The notes: a model not told the origin generated them from the sequence alone. 26,547 bases of DNA from Thermotogota bacterium (GCA_051748045.1 JBNJGY010000027.1:1-26547), one strand, 5' to 3'. Shown: positions 1 through 9,407, counted from the first letter of the stretch. Made by a program: numbers and translations.

Positions 1-98
1 CTGTCTTGACATCTTTTCTTTCTTGGTCTGGCCTCTATCCACTTGTCAAAGAGCTTTTGGTTTTTTCTTCGCTTCCTTCGCTTCCGCTACGAAAGCCG
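1..98 (-). other. Probable rRNA operon leader containing a boxA antitermination element (43-54); the rRNA gene itself would lie left of the window
   Basis: Minus strand reads GCTCTTTGACAA at 54..43, matching rrn boxA (GCTCTTTAACA-like), about 45 nt after a near-consensus promoter. The stretch is non-coding and more GC-rich than its surroundings. Confidence 0.7.
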
Positions 99-104
99 AG
101 TTAT

Positions 105-133
105 ATTGTATCACTTTGATGGTTCAAAGTCAA
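105..133 (-). promoter_or_regulatory. Strong sigma70 promoter (probable rrn promoter)
   Basis: Minus strand TTGACT (133-128), 17-bp spacer, TACAAT (110-105), with an extended TGn motif. Confidence 0.8.
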
Positions 134-226
134 TGAACGTATGGTAAATAAAATTACAATTGAATGTTAATCGATTTAGTTTTGAAAGATTTTTTATTCA
201 TGAAACTTAAAATAATTCCGAAATAT

Positions 227-265
227 AAAACAAAACAAGAGCAAACCGAAGTTTACTCTTGTTTT
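227..265 (-). terminator. Intrinsic terminator
   Basis: Minus strand AAAACAAGAGTAAAC-TTCG-GTTTGCTCTTGTTTT then GTTTT. The C(UUCG)G tetraloop and a G-U pair work only in the minus orientation. Confidence 0.85.
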
Positions 266-314
266 ATAAGTCATCTTAATTTAGGGAATATATCTCAGAG
301 GGTTGAGGTACACT
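227..314 (-). ncRNA. Candidate small regulatory RNA (~88 nt) with C-rich loop
   Basis: Own -10 (TATATT, 325-320) preceded by a palindromic site at 347-360; 5' hairpin GUGUA-C-CUCA[ACCCUC]UGAG-A-UAUAU; unpaired UCCC; ends at the terminator above; no evident SD-led ORF on this strand. Confidence 0.5.
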
Positions 315-346
315 TATATAATATAGAAAAAAAACCTGAATTTCTT

Positions 347-360
347 ATGACTTAAGTCAT
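347..360. promoter_or_regulatory. Perfect 14-bp palindrome ATGACTTAAGTCAT, putative response-regulator binding site
   Basis: Perfect dyad lying 21 bp upstream of a minus-strand -10, at the position of a class II activator site, next to a NarL-family regulator gene. Confidence 0.6.
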
Positions 361-381
361 GTGTTGTGGTTACATTTGTAA

Positions 382-1323
382 TTAATTGAGATAAGATACA
401 TCGTATACATGAATATTTCCATTTTCTACATGAACTTTTATGTTATTTTCATAGGTTTCATTATTTCTTTTATATTCAGATTCCTTTTCTTCTCCAAAGA
501 CCCTTATTGTTCCATCTTTAGTTTTTAAGTCAAGATTGAAGTTTTGTCCATAAACTTTTATAAAAACATTCCCTGCTTTCATTTTTATATTTAGATCATC
601 TATTTGTTTTATAATTACATCAACTCTACCTTCATCATTTTTTATATTTATTTTTTTTGCAATAATATCTTGAAGGCTTATAAGTGATGAATTTGAATCT
701 ATTTCTAAATTATTTATTGGATTATCATGATTAGATATTGATATGTTACCACTATCGTTTTTTATATGTGTTTTTTCTTTGACAAAAATATTCTTTAAAT
801 CAATTTTTCCTAATCCATTTTCAATATAAAAATTTTTTGTACTTAAATTTTTAACTTGTGTATTTCCTAAAGAGGTAATAGCTCTTATGGATTTATTAAC
901 AGTTATATTATTCAAAGATATGAGACCTTTATTGTTTATTAAAATTATATCCTCTAAAGAGTAATTTAATAAAAAACTGTAAACACCTGCTCCCTCCCAA
1001 TTTTTTACATAAGTATCTTTCCCTAAAGCTAGTCTTTTAAATAAAGAAAAAGTTTTGTATGTATCAATAAAATCTTCACTTATTGTAGTATTATTAACAT
1101 ATTTATTTAGGTTTATATTAGGAAATTCTGGTGTCTTATTTTTATAATATATTTCTATTCTGTTTTTCGCTGAATAGTTAAATATTATGTCAGAAACAAC
1201 CATTTCTACTTTTAAATTCCTGTCAGATGAACGGTTTAGTTCATATTTTCTATATTGTTCATAATTATCAGCAAAAGAATATATGCTGAGTATTATAAAA
1301 ATAATAAAAACAAATTTTTTCAT
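382..1323 (-). CDS. Exported DUF4097-like beta-strand repeat protein
   Basis: N-terminal signal peptide. C-terminal repeats of the x-I-x-N/T-x-x-G-x-I/V-x-I type (TSLGNTQV, NGLGKIDL, NDSGNISI, NDEGRVDV, TKDGTIRV, VENGNIHV). Confidence 0.7.
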   Translation of the reverse strand: MKKFVFIIFIILSIYSFADNYEQYRKYELNRSSDRNLKVEMVVSDIIFNYSAKNRIEIYYKNKTPEFPNINLNKYVNNTTISEDFIDTYKTFSLFKRLALGKDTYVKNWEGAGVYSFLLNYSLEDIILINNKGLISLNNITVNKSIRAITSLGNTQVKNLSTKNFYIENGLGKIDLKNIFVKEKTHIKNDSGNISISNHDNPINNLEIDSNSSLISLQDIIAKKINIKNDEGRVDVIIKQIDDLNIKMKAGNVFIKVYGQNFNLDLKTKDGTIRVFGEEKESEYKRNNETYENNIKVHVENGNIHVYDVSYLN

Positions 1324-1335
1324 GTTATAACCCCA

Positions 1336-1992
1336 TCAATTAGTATGCTTGTTTACATATAAAGCTAGTTGAGTTCTATCTCTCAACTGTAATTTCGCCA
1401 AGATTCTTGTCAAATGATTTTTTACAGTGCCTTCTGTAATATATAATGTATCACTTATCTCTTTGTTAGATTTCCCTTCAGATATAAGTACAGCTATTTC
1501 GACTTCTCTTTGAGTCAATGATTCATAAGGCCCTGATATAGAAACTTCTTTTTTATCTTCGTTCTTGTTTATCCCATCAATAAATTTTAATATTTTTTCT
1601 GCCATTTCTGATCTTAAAAGCATATTTCCAGAATAAACTGTTTTTATGGCTTCAACAATTTCATCTGATTTCACATCTTTTAAAATGTATCCATCAGCAC
1701 CATTCTTTAGAGCTTCAAATAAATATTCATCATCTTTAAAAGTTGTTAATATAACAACTTTAGGAGGATCTTTCATTTCTTTTATTTTTTTAGTAGCTTC
1801 AACTCCATTCATTTCAGGCATTTTTATATCCATCATCACTACATCTATATCTTTATTATTTTTTGCTTTTTTGACAGCATCTTTCCCGTTTACCGCCTCT
1901 TCTATAACTTCAATTTCTTCACATAATCCCAAAATCATTTTTATTCCATCCCTAATAAGATTTTGGTCATCCACCAACATAACTTTTATCAT
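1336..1992 (-). CDS. NarL/LuxR-family DNA-binding response regulator
   Basis: REC domain (LVDD, MMDIKMPEMNG, ILTTF, GYILK) and LuxR HTH (LTQREVEI...GKSNKEI...ITEGTVKNH). Confidence 0.95.
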   Translation of the reverse strand: MIKVMLVDDQNLIRDGIKMILGLCEEIEVIEEAVNGKDAVKKAKNNKDIDVVMMDIKMPEMNGVEATKKIKEMKDPPKVVILTTFKDDEYLFEALKNGADGYILKDVKSDEIVEAIKTVYSGNMLLRSEMAEKILKFIDGINKNEDKKEVSISGPYESLTQREVEIAVLISEGKSNKEISDTLYITEGTVKNHLTRILAKLQLRDRTQLALYVNKHTN

Positions 1993-3184
1993 CTTCCATC
2001 CCTCCGTTTGGTATTGCTATTTTTATGTTAAACCCCATATTTTTTTTTGTTTTTATCGATAATTCACCATTAAAAACTCTTATTCTGTTTTCTATACCTT
2101 TTAATCCATTTCCTGTAATTAAATCATCAGAACCTTCTCCATTGTCTGATTCTATTATATAAAAATATTTAGTTTTCTTATCATTTATAATATCTAGATA
2201 TATTTCATTGGCATGCCCATGTTTTATGCTGTTTGTTATAACTTCTTGGACTATTCTGTATGTAATAAATTTTAATTCAGGAGGAAGATATTCGATTTCA
2301 CCTTGTTTTCTATACACTATATTTATCGATTCATTTTTTAAGTTATCAATTAAATCTTTAATAGCCTCATTTAACGAATTCATGTCTTCATTTTCTTTTA
2401 AAGCAAATACAGCCTTCCTTAAATCATTCATAGCATTTCGTGAGAGACCTTGACATTTTTTTATGACTTTTTCATTTTCTTCAGGTTTTTTTTGATTTAT
2501 TTTTTCTAGATAATCTAAATGCATTATCAAACCAGTTATAGAATGTCCTAATGAATCATGAATTTCTTGAGCAACTCTATTTCTTTCTTTTGTTATTGTT
2601 AATTTTTCTATTTCTATTAAGGATCTAGATAATTTTGTATTTGTTTTAACGAGCTCTTGATTTAATGTCATTACTTTATTTCTTTCATAGTTGATTCTTT
2701 TAATAAGAAATATTACAAAGAAAACTCCTAGGTAAACAAAAATGTTGGTTAATAAATCAATGGTGATTTTTTCGTTAGTACTTTCTGCTGAAACAGGAAT
2801 ATAATAAACATTAAACCAAATAAGTATATACACAGATAAATGTAAAAAGAAAAAAAGAATAAATGATTTCTTTTTTAAATAAGAGGTAATTTCATATAAA
2901 GTAAGGAAAATATATACAAAAAGCTCATAATTCACATATACTATCAAGTAATAACTAATACCCATTGATATTACCAGAGACATCATTAAATAAAACTTAT
3001 GTTTTCTAAATTTGATATACCTAACCATATCATTTAAAAATAATACTCCTAAAAGGATGAAATTTTTAATTAGTTCAGCTTGAAAAAACTTATATTCAAC
3101 ATAAACACTAAAAAAAAGCGCAAAAAATAAGCTTAGTCTTATTAATAATCCTATAAAATCTAAATATTTATCTTCTTTGTTCAT
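1967..3184 (-). CDS. Membrane sensor histidine kinase, HisKA_3 (NarX/DesK/LiaS-like)
   Basis: About 5-6 N-terminal TM segments; ERNRVAQEIHDSLGH H-box; RIVQEVITNSIKHG N-box; DNGEG; GNGLKGIENR. SD GGAGG present. Confidence 0.93.
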   Translation of the reverse strand: MNKEDKYLDFIGLLIRLSLFFALFFSVYVEYKFFQAELIKNFILLGVLFLNDMVRYIKFRKHKFYLMMSLVISMGISYYLIVYVNYELFVYIFLTLYEITSYLKKKSFILFFFLHLSVYILIWFNVYYIPVSAESTNEKITIDLLTNIFVYLGVFFVIFLIKRINYERNKVMTLNQELVKTNTKLSRSLIEIEKLTITKERNRVAQEIHDSLGHSITGLIMHLDYLEKINQKKPEENEKVIKKCQGLSRNAMNDLRKAVFALKENEDMNSLNEAIKDLIDNLKNESINIVYRKQGEIEYLPPELKFITYRIVQEVITNSIKHGHANEIYLDIINDKKTKYFYIIESDNGEGSDDLITGNGLKGIENRIRVFNGELSIKTKKNMGFNIKIAIPNGGMEDDKSYVGG

Positions 3185-3213
3185 ATTATTCCTCCAAAAA
3201 TATTCTTTTTACT

Positions 3214-3222
3214 ATTATATCA
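3214..3222 (-). promoter_or_regulatory. Extended -10 promoter of the two-component operon
   Basis: Minus strand TG-A-TATAAT about 30 nt upstream of the kinase ATG; no good -35. Confidence 0.5.
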
Positions 3223-3300
3223 GATAAATATATCTATTTATTAAATTCTAAAAAAGGCACAAAGTTAACATGACGTACTATTTATGACTTTTATATTTAT

Positions 3301-3409
3301 GTTATTAAAGTAACGGTTAACTTAATTGATTTTACGTTACATAAGTAACTAATATATTAAAAAATGATTATTTTAGTAATTAACTTTTTGTGTCAATTGT
3401 TGATATTAT
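3301..3409 (+). promoter_or_regulatory. Regulatory region of the ABC operon: three related dyads plus an extended -10
   Basis: GTTATTAAAGTAAC (3301-3314), GTTACATAAGTAAC (3336-3349), ATTATTTTAGTAAT (3367-3380); TG-A-TATTAT at 3401-3409. Confidence 0.4.
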
Positions 3410-3443
3410 TTTAACGCGACATTAAATAAAGGGGATGATTTAA

Positions 3444-5927
3444 GTGAAGAAACTTTTAGTCGTTTTAGTTTTGACTATTATGGTATTTTCAGCAGTATAT
3501 GCTGAAAAAGGTGGGTTCCCTGATAAAGTCTATTTCACTGTGAAAATGCAAGAAGAATTGGCTTTACAGGATGTTATTGAAGGAGAATCAGATGTATTTT
3601 TACAAGGTGTTCCAGGTAACTTATTTTATGGATTAGATGATTCATCAAGGGATAAATTAGATGTTTATTCAGTTCCTTCAGGATCATTAACATTGTTCTT
3701 AAATCCAGTACCAAATGAAGCACCTTATCAATGGGAAGTAAATGGAGAAACTTTTTTTAATCCTATTGCGATTAGAGATGTAAGATTTGCTATCAACTTC
3801 TTAATCGACAGAGAATACATTGTTAATGAAGTATTAAATGGTGCAGGAGCTCCAAAATTCACTCAAGCTACAGAAGGTCAACCAAATGCTTACAGAGTGA
3901 ATATGCTTGCTAAAAAACTAGGATTTACAGAAAATGGAAATAAAGAAAAAGCTATTGAAATGATTACTAATGCCATGCAAGAAGCTACAGAAATTCCTGA
4001 AAACCAAGGTAGATTAAAAATGGGTTCTAAATTCTGGGAATTTGATGGACAACCAATTGAAATCAAATTTGTTATTAGAGCTGATGACCCTAACGTAAGA
4101 ATGGTTATAGGTAATTATGTTGCTAATCTACTTGAAGAAGCAAGTATAAAAGTTGACAGACTTCTTTATGATGGAAACAAAGCAGTTTCATCTGTATACT
4201 TTGATGATCCTGCAAAATATAACTGGCATATTTATACTGGTGGATGGGGCGCTGGAGATACTTATGTTTACTGGCAAACTCCAACTATGCAATATTATTC
4301 ATCAAACTGGGGATGGCAACCAGGTAGAGCAAATGAAAACTGGTGGAATTTCCAAAATCCAGAAGCTGATGCTGCTGCACAAAAAGCTTTTTATGGTCAA
4401 GTTTTAACTGAAGATGAATATTGGAATAATATTCTTTTAGCAACAGAACTTGGTTTAAAAGATGCTATGAGAATTTGGGTAGCTGACCAAAATGACTTCT
4501 TTGTAGCAAATAAAGAAAGATATGAAGAAAGAATGCCTTATGGACTTGGAGACGGTTTAAACAGATGGTCTTTAGAACATTCAAAAGTGGAAGATGGAGT
4601 ATTAAGAGTTGTACAACATTCTGGAAGAGGTAATTTATTTATTTCAAACTGGGATCCTGTTGGAGCTGATGGATTTAATGGAGTTTATGCTTCTAACATT
4701 TCAGATTTGATTTTTGACAGACCTATTACTTATACTCCTTTTGGAAAAGCACATGATGCTAGAGTATATTTAATAGAAACTGAAAATTCTGTAGAAAAAG
4801 ATTCAGAAGGTAATTTGAAAGGTAACTTAGACGTACCTTCAAATGCTATAAAATATAATCCATACACAAATAAATACGAAGAAGTAGGAAATAATGTAAA
4901 AGCATATACAAAATCTACTTTCGGTTATAAATTTGGAGTATGGCATCACGGAAGAGAAATTACACAAGATGATTTAATCTATGCAAATGTTTTTGTAAAT
5001 GAATGGGCAACAAGAGAAAATGAACAAGACAAAGAATATGATAGTTCTTTTGCAGAATATTGGAAAACAGATATAACAGAAACAAGAAAAGGTATGGTTA
5101 TGCATGACGATGGTACAATAACAACTTATTTTGATTATAACTTCCCTCCAGATGAAATGATTCAAGCTTCTTACTGGGCACCTTGGGTAAGAGTATTGGG
5201 AGCAAGTAAATCAAATATTGCTGTACCTTGGGAATTAGTAGAAGCTTTATCTTTAATGGTTACAGAAGGTGCAGAATCAGGAACAAATTATGGTTTTACA
5301 GAAGATGACAACATTGAAGAAGTAAATATTATTGTTCCTAATCATATAGCAGACATAAAAGCTAAGTTGGAAGACATGATTTCAAGAAAACATGTTCCAG
5401 CTGCTTTGAAAGACAGAGTTTCTTCTGAAGAAGCTGTAGATAATTATAGAGAGATAATAAAATGGATAGATGAAAAAGGACATGCTGTTATTGGTAATGG
5501 ACCTTATTATGTTTCAAATATAACTGATGATTATATGGAATTAGATGCTTTCAGACATGAGAAATATCCATTTGAAAAAGGTGAATGGGAAGATGTTTAT
5601 AAATCATCTTGGATGAGAATAAACGAAATTGAAATGCCTGATTATGCTACAACTATGGATGATATTGAAATTACAACAGATATATCACTAGTTGAATTCC
5701 CTACAGATAGAACACAACCAGCTGATAAAGGTGAAGTTACTGCTATATTAGTTACAGATGAAGAAGAAAAAGAATATACAGGTAATATGGTTTCTCCTGG
5801 TGAATATAATATAACTATTCCAGCAGAAGCATTAGAAGGACTTTCTTCTGACACTTATACTATTATTATTACTGCAACATATGGCGGATTCACATCAACA
5901 GAAACTGGTTCAATTCTAATTTATTAA
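3444..5927 (+). CDS. ABC transporter substrate-binding protein, family 5 (Opp/Dpp-like), long archaeal type
   Basis: Signal peptide ending AVYA; FNPIAIRDVRFAINFLIDREYIVNEVLNG motif; WHHGREITQDD and GNGPYYV motifs in the C-terminal half; heads the permease/ATPase operon; GTG start with SD AGGGG. Confidence 0.9.
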   Translation: MKKLLVVLVLTIMVFSAVYAEKGGFPDKVYFTVKMQEELALQDVIEGESDVFLQGVPGNLFYGLDDSSRDKLDVYSVPSGSLTLFLNPVPNEAPYQWEVNGETFFNPIAIRDVRFAINFLIDREYIVNEVLNGAGAPKFTQATEGQPNAYRVNMLAKKLGFTENGNKEKAIEMITNAMQEATEIPENQGRLKMGSKFWEFDGQPIEIKFVIRADDPNVRMVIGNYVANLLEEASIKVDRLLYDGNKAVSSVYFDDPAKYNWHIYTGGWGAGDTYVYWQTPTMQYYSSNWGWQPGRANENWWNFQNPEADAAAQKAFYGQVLTEDEYWNNILLATELGLKDAMRIWVADQNDFFVANKERYEERMPYGLGDGLNRWSLEHSKVEDGVLRVVQHSGRGNLFISNWDPVGADGFNGVYASNISDLIFDRPITYTPFGKAHDARVYLIETENSVEKDSEGNLKGNLDVPSNAIKYNPYTNKYEEVGNNVKAYTKSTFGYKFGVWHHGREITQDDLIYANVFVNEWATRENEQDKEYDSSFAEYWKTDITETRKGMVMHDDGTITTYFDYNFPPDEMIQASYWAPWVRVLGASKSNIAVPWELVEALSLMVTEGAESGTNYGFTEDDNIEEVNIIVPNHIADIKAKLEDMISRKHVPAALKDRVSSEEAVDNYREIIKWIDEKGHAVIGNGPYYVSNITDDYMELDAFRHEKYPFEKGEWEDVYKSSWMRINEIEMPDYATTMDDIEITTDISLVEFPTDRTQPADKGEVTAILVTDEEEKEYTGNMVSPGEYNITIPAEALEGLSSDTYTIIITATYGGFTSTETGSILIY

Positions 5928-5938
5928 TTTCAATAAAA

Positions 5939-5960
5939 GGGGGCGAAAGCCCCCATATTT
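5939..5960 (+). terminator. Intra-operon GNRA hairpin (partial terminator or mRNA-stabilising element)
   Basis: GGGGGC-GAAA-GCCCCC followed by an imperfect U-tract (ATATTTT) between the SBP and permease genes. Confidence 0.65.
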
Positions 5961-5988
5961 TAAACGTGTTGAACCGAGGAGTGATTAG

Positions 5989-7029
5989 ATGTATTGGAAA
6001 TATTTAATAAAAAGAATAATTATAGCAATGATTATGTTTGTTATTTTGATTTTCATTTTTTCTGCTTTATTCAATACAGTTATGGATAGAACATTGAAAA
6101 ATCAAATTAATGAAATGATAAATTCTGAAATTTTAATTAGAGCAAAAGGATCAGCATCTTTTGATTCTGGAGCTTATAGAGAACAAAGAGAAAAACACTA
6201 TTTTGAAAAATATCATTTAGATGAACCATATATGACTAGAGTTCTATGGAGGACTATTGATACAGTTACTTTTAACTTTGGAAAATCTACCTCATTAAAA
6301 TCCAGTCAAGGAAGTAGAGAAGTTAAAGACATTATTTTTGAAACTATACCAAGAACACTAATTCTATTTACTACAGCTATTTTAATAGACATATTTTTAG
6401 GAATTATAATCGGTATGAAAAAAGCACAAAAACCAGGTTCCTTTATGGATAAAAGCACTTCAGTAGTTACAATGATAGTTTATGGAATGCCTTCATGGTG
6501 GCTTGGTATGATTATGATTATGTTTTTTTCATATACACTGAATATATTCCCTTCTGGTGGCATGAGTTCTGTGCCTACACCAACTGGGTTTGCTTATATA
6601 TTAGATTTTTTACACCATTTAGCGTTACCTGTAATAGTTTTAGTTGGTATAGGGTTTTGGGCAAGAGCATTTTTAACTAGAAATATTGTCCTTGGAACTT
6701 TACAAGAAGACTATATTATGGCAGCTAGAGCAAGAGGTATAAAAGAAAGATCAGTTATTTTTGGCCACGGGCTAAGAACAGCTGCACCTCCATTGGTTAC
6801 AATGTCTTTATTAGCTATTTTGACATCTGTTGGAGGAAACCTTGTTTTTGAAGGTATTTTTAACTGGCCTGGTATGGGTAACTTATACTGGAATGCAGTT
6901 AGACAAAATGATGTTCCTGTGCTTTTAGGTAATTTATCTATTACAACTGGATTGTATATTTCAGGACTTGTTGTTTTAGATATTGTGTATGGTCTACTTG
7001 ATCCAAGAATTAAAGTAGGTGGTAAATAA
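5989..7029 (+). CDS. Peptide/nickel-type ABC transporter permease (DppB/OppB-like)
   Basis: Multiple TM segments; HLALP; EAA-like loop EDYIMAARARG; EGIFNWPGMG. Confidence 0.93.
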   Translation: MYWKYLIKRIIIAMIMFVILIFIFSALFNTVMDRTLKNQINEMINSEILIRAKGSASFDSGAYREQREKHYFEKYHLDEPYMTRVLWRTIDTVTFNFGKSTSLKSSQGSREVKDIIFETIPRTLILFTTAILIDIFLGIIIGMKKAQKPGSFMDKSTSVVTMIVYGMPSWWLGMIMIMFFSYTLNIFPSGGMSSVPTPTGFAYILDFLHHLALPVIVLVGIGFWARAFLTRNIVLGTLQEDYIMAARARGIKERSVIFGHGLRTAAPPLVTMSLLAILTSVGGNLVFEGIFNWPGMGNLYWNAVRQNDVPVLLGNLSITTGLYISGLVVLDIVYGLLDPRIKVGGK

Positions 7030-8429
7030 TGAATTTTACAGATTTAAAATATAAATTGAAAGAATTTTGGGGAGAATTTAAAGTAGTAAAATCTGGTTTA
7101 GTAGGTATTTTCCTTTTATTAATTCTTCTTGGACTGCTTATTTTTGAACCTTTGATAATTAATTTCCCTGAAACAGGAGAGAGATGGAGAGACATTACAT
7201 ATTGGCAAGATAATCCTCAAAACGCCGCTCCAGCATGGACTAATATTTTTAGATCAAAAAAAGGTAGCGTTAGTCAGGTTTTAGAAGTGCAAGATTTTGT
7301 GCTAAACGAAAATTCAAATTTAAATATTTATGATATGTCTTTTAATTATGAATATGATTATGACATTCCTCCTGATGAAATAATATTTAAAAATGAATCT
7401 AAAGGTACTTTTGTTTATATTATAGAATTTGAAAGACCTGATGGAGAAAAATTATCTCTTTTTAAATCAAATATTAACAACACAGAAGAAAAAACAGATA
7501 GATTCAGTTTATCAAAGTCTGCTCAAGATACTGCTTTTAAATTATTAAAAGAATATGATACTAAAGCCGTAAATTCTGTGAACAAAAGTAATCTAAACGG
7601 AATAGACATTTTATTTACAAAAGCAGAAGAAGGTATGCTTGAAAATAAAACACCTTTAAAAGGAACTTATAAATTTAATATAAAAGTTTTGAACCCAGGT
7701 GGAAACGGGGTAGTCAACAACCCTAGAATGAAAATTGCTGGAGAAGTTTATGGAATACTTGGAACTGATTCTTCTAAAAGAGATTTATGGTCTGGTCTTA
7801 TTGTAGGGATAAAATGGGCTTTATTTATAGGTTTATTTACATCTACAATATCAGTATTATTGGGTGTTATTTATGGGGTTATTTCTGCATTTTTTGGAGG
7901 ATTTGTAGATTCAGTCATGCAGAGGATATTTGAACTATTTGTATCTGTTCCTTTGTTACCAATATTGATAGTTTTATCCGCAATTTTTAAACCCAGTATT
8001 TGGATACTCGTATTTATAATGTGTGCATTCTTCTGGGTCGGACCAGTTAGAACTGTTAGAAGTATTGGGTTTCAAATAAAAGAAGAAACATTTATTGAAT
8101 CATCAAAAGCTTTAGGGGCTTCAAAATCGAGACTTATCTTTAAACACATGGTACCTTTATTGATCCCGTATTCGTTTGCTAGTATGGCTTTATCTGTACC
8201 AATGGCCATTGTGTATGAAGCGACGATAAGTGTTATAGGTTTAGGAGATTCAAGCATTGTTACTTGGGGACAAATGCTTCAAGACGCTCTTTCAGCAGGA
8301 GCTGTTACACAAGGTATTTGGTGGTGGGTAGTTCCACCCGGTTTGATGATTGCAATTGTTGGAATGACATTTGCTTTTATAGGATTTGCAATGGATAAGA
8401 TTTTACTTCCAAAATTGAAAACAAGGTAG
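7029..8429 (+). CDS. Peptide/nickel-type ABC transporter permease (DppC/OppC-like) with large extracytoplasmic insertion
   Basis: ILGTDSSKRDLW; FIESSKALGAS; TWGQML; WWWVVPPG. Translationally coupled to the upstream gene (TAATG). Confidence 0.92.
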   Translation: MNFTDLKYKLKEFWGEFKVVKSGLVGIFLLLILLGLLIFEPLIINFPETGERWRDITYWQDNPQNAAPAWTNIFRSKKGSVSQVLEVQDFVLNENSNLNIYDMSFNYEYDYDIPPDEIIFKNESKGTFVYIIEFERPDGEKLSLFKSNINNTEEKTDRFSLSKSAQDTAFKLLKEYDTKAVNSVNKSNLNGIDILFTKAEEGMLENKTPLKGTYKFNIKVLNPGGNGVVNNPRMKIAGEVYGILGTDSSKRDLWSGLIVGIKWALFIGLFTSTISVLLGVIYGVISAFFGGFVDSVMQRIFELFVSVPLLPILIVLSAIFKPSIWILVFIMCAFFWVGPVRTVRSIGFQIKEETFIESSKALGASKSRLIFKHMVPLLIPYSFASMALSVPMAIVYEATISVIGLGDSSIVTWGQMLQDALSAGAVTQGIWWWVVPPGLMIAIVGMTFAFIGFAMDKILLPKLKTR

Positions 8430-8438
8430 TGGTTTAGA

Positions 8439-9407
8439 ATGGAAAATGTTTTAGAAGTTAAAAATTTAAAAATGTACTATTATACATCAAAAGGGCCTGT
8501 TAAGGCTGTTGACAATATATCTTTCAACTTAAAAAAAGGGGAAACTCTTGGGTTGGTTGGAGAATCTGGTTGTGGAAAAACAACAACTGGGTTTTCCATA
8601 CTAAAAATGCCAGCCCCTCCTGGTAAAATAGTTAGTGGAGAAATTCTAGTGAATGGCGAAAATATTGTTGATTATGATGAAAAATATTTGAGAAAAAATA
8701 TTCGCTGGGAAAAGGTTGCTATGGTTTTCCAAGGAGCTATGAATACTTTAACTCCTGTTTATACAATAGAAAAACAAATGATGGAAACCCTTCAAGAACA
8801 CAGAAAAACCGACAAAAATAAAGCAAGAAAAATAATAAAAAAATATTTGAACTATGTTGGTTTGTCCGATGATGTAATGAAAAAATATCCCCATGAATTG
8901 TCTGGAGGTATGAAGCAAAGAATTGCTATAGCAACTGCTTTATTTTTAGAACCAGATATAGTAATTTGTGATGAGCCAACAACTGCTTTAGATGTTGTTG
9001 TCCAAGCACAAATAATAAATCTTTTAAAAAAGCTAAAAAAAGATTTAGACTTATCTTTTATATTCATAACTCATGATTTAGCAACAGAAGCAGAAGTCGC
9101 GGACAGATTAGTTATAATGTATGGTGGGAAAATTGTAGAGATTGGAATGAATAAACATATATATGGCGAAAAAGGACCTGCTCATCCATACACACAAAAG
9201 TTAATAGGAGCTACGCCATTACTACATGAAAAGGTTGGAGAATTAGCTTTTATTCCTGGAACACCTCCTGATTTATTAGACCCACCAAAAGGATGTAGAT
9301 TCCATGATAGATGTCCTTATGCTTTTGATAAGTGTTTCAAAGAAGAACCTCCATTAAAAGAAATCGAAGAGGACCATATGGCAGCATGTTGGAGGTGTTT
9401 TGAATGA
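8439..9407 (+). CDS. Peptide ABC transporter ATP-binding subunit (DppD/OppD-like)
   Basis: Walker A GESGCGKT; LSGGMKQR; DEPTTALD; C-terminal HPYT...GCRFHDRC oligo_HPY domain. Confidence 0.95.
   Translation: MENVLEVKNLKMYYYTSKGPVKAVDNISFNLKKGETLGLVGESGCGKTTTGFSILKMPAPPGKIVSGEILVNGENIVDYDEKYLRKNIRWEKVAMVFQGAMNTLTPVYTIEKQMMETLQEHRKTDKNKARKIIKKYLNYVGLSDDVMKKYPHELSGGMKQRIAIATALFLEPDIVICDEPTTALDVVVQAQIINLLKKLKKDLDLSFIFITHDLATEAEVADRLVIMYGGKIVEIGMNKHIYGEKGPAHPYTQKLIGATPLLHEKVGELAFIPGTPPDLLDPPKGCRFHDRCPYAFDKCFKEEPPLKEIEEDHMAACWRCFE

Noticed and set aside
67-84. Tandem CTTCGCTTC x2 as a separate repeat element
   Set aside because: Too short, and it lies within the probable rRNA leader; no independent support.
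164-355. 63-aa plus-strand ORF
   Set aside because: No SD, no recognisable motif, and it runs antisense across a terminator and the candidate sRNA.
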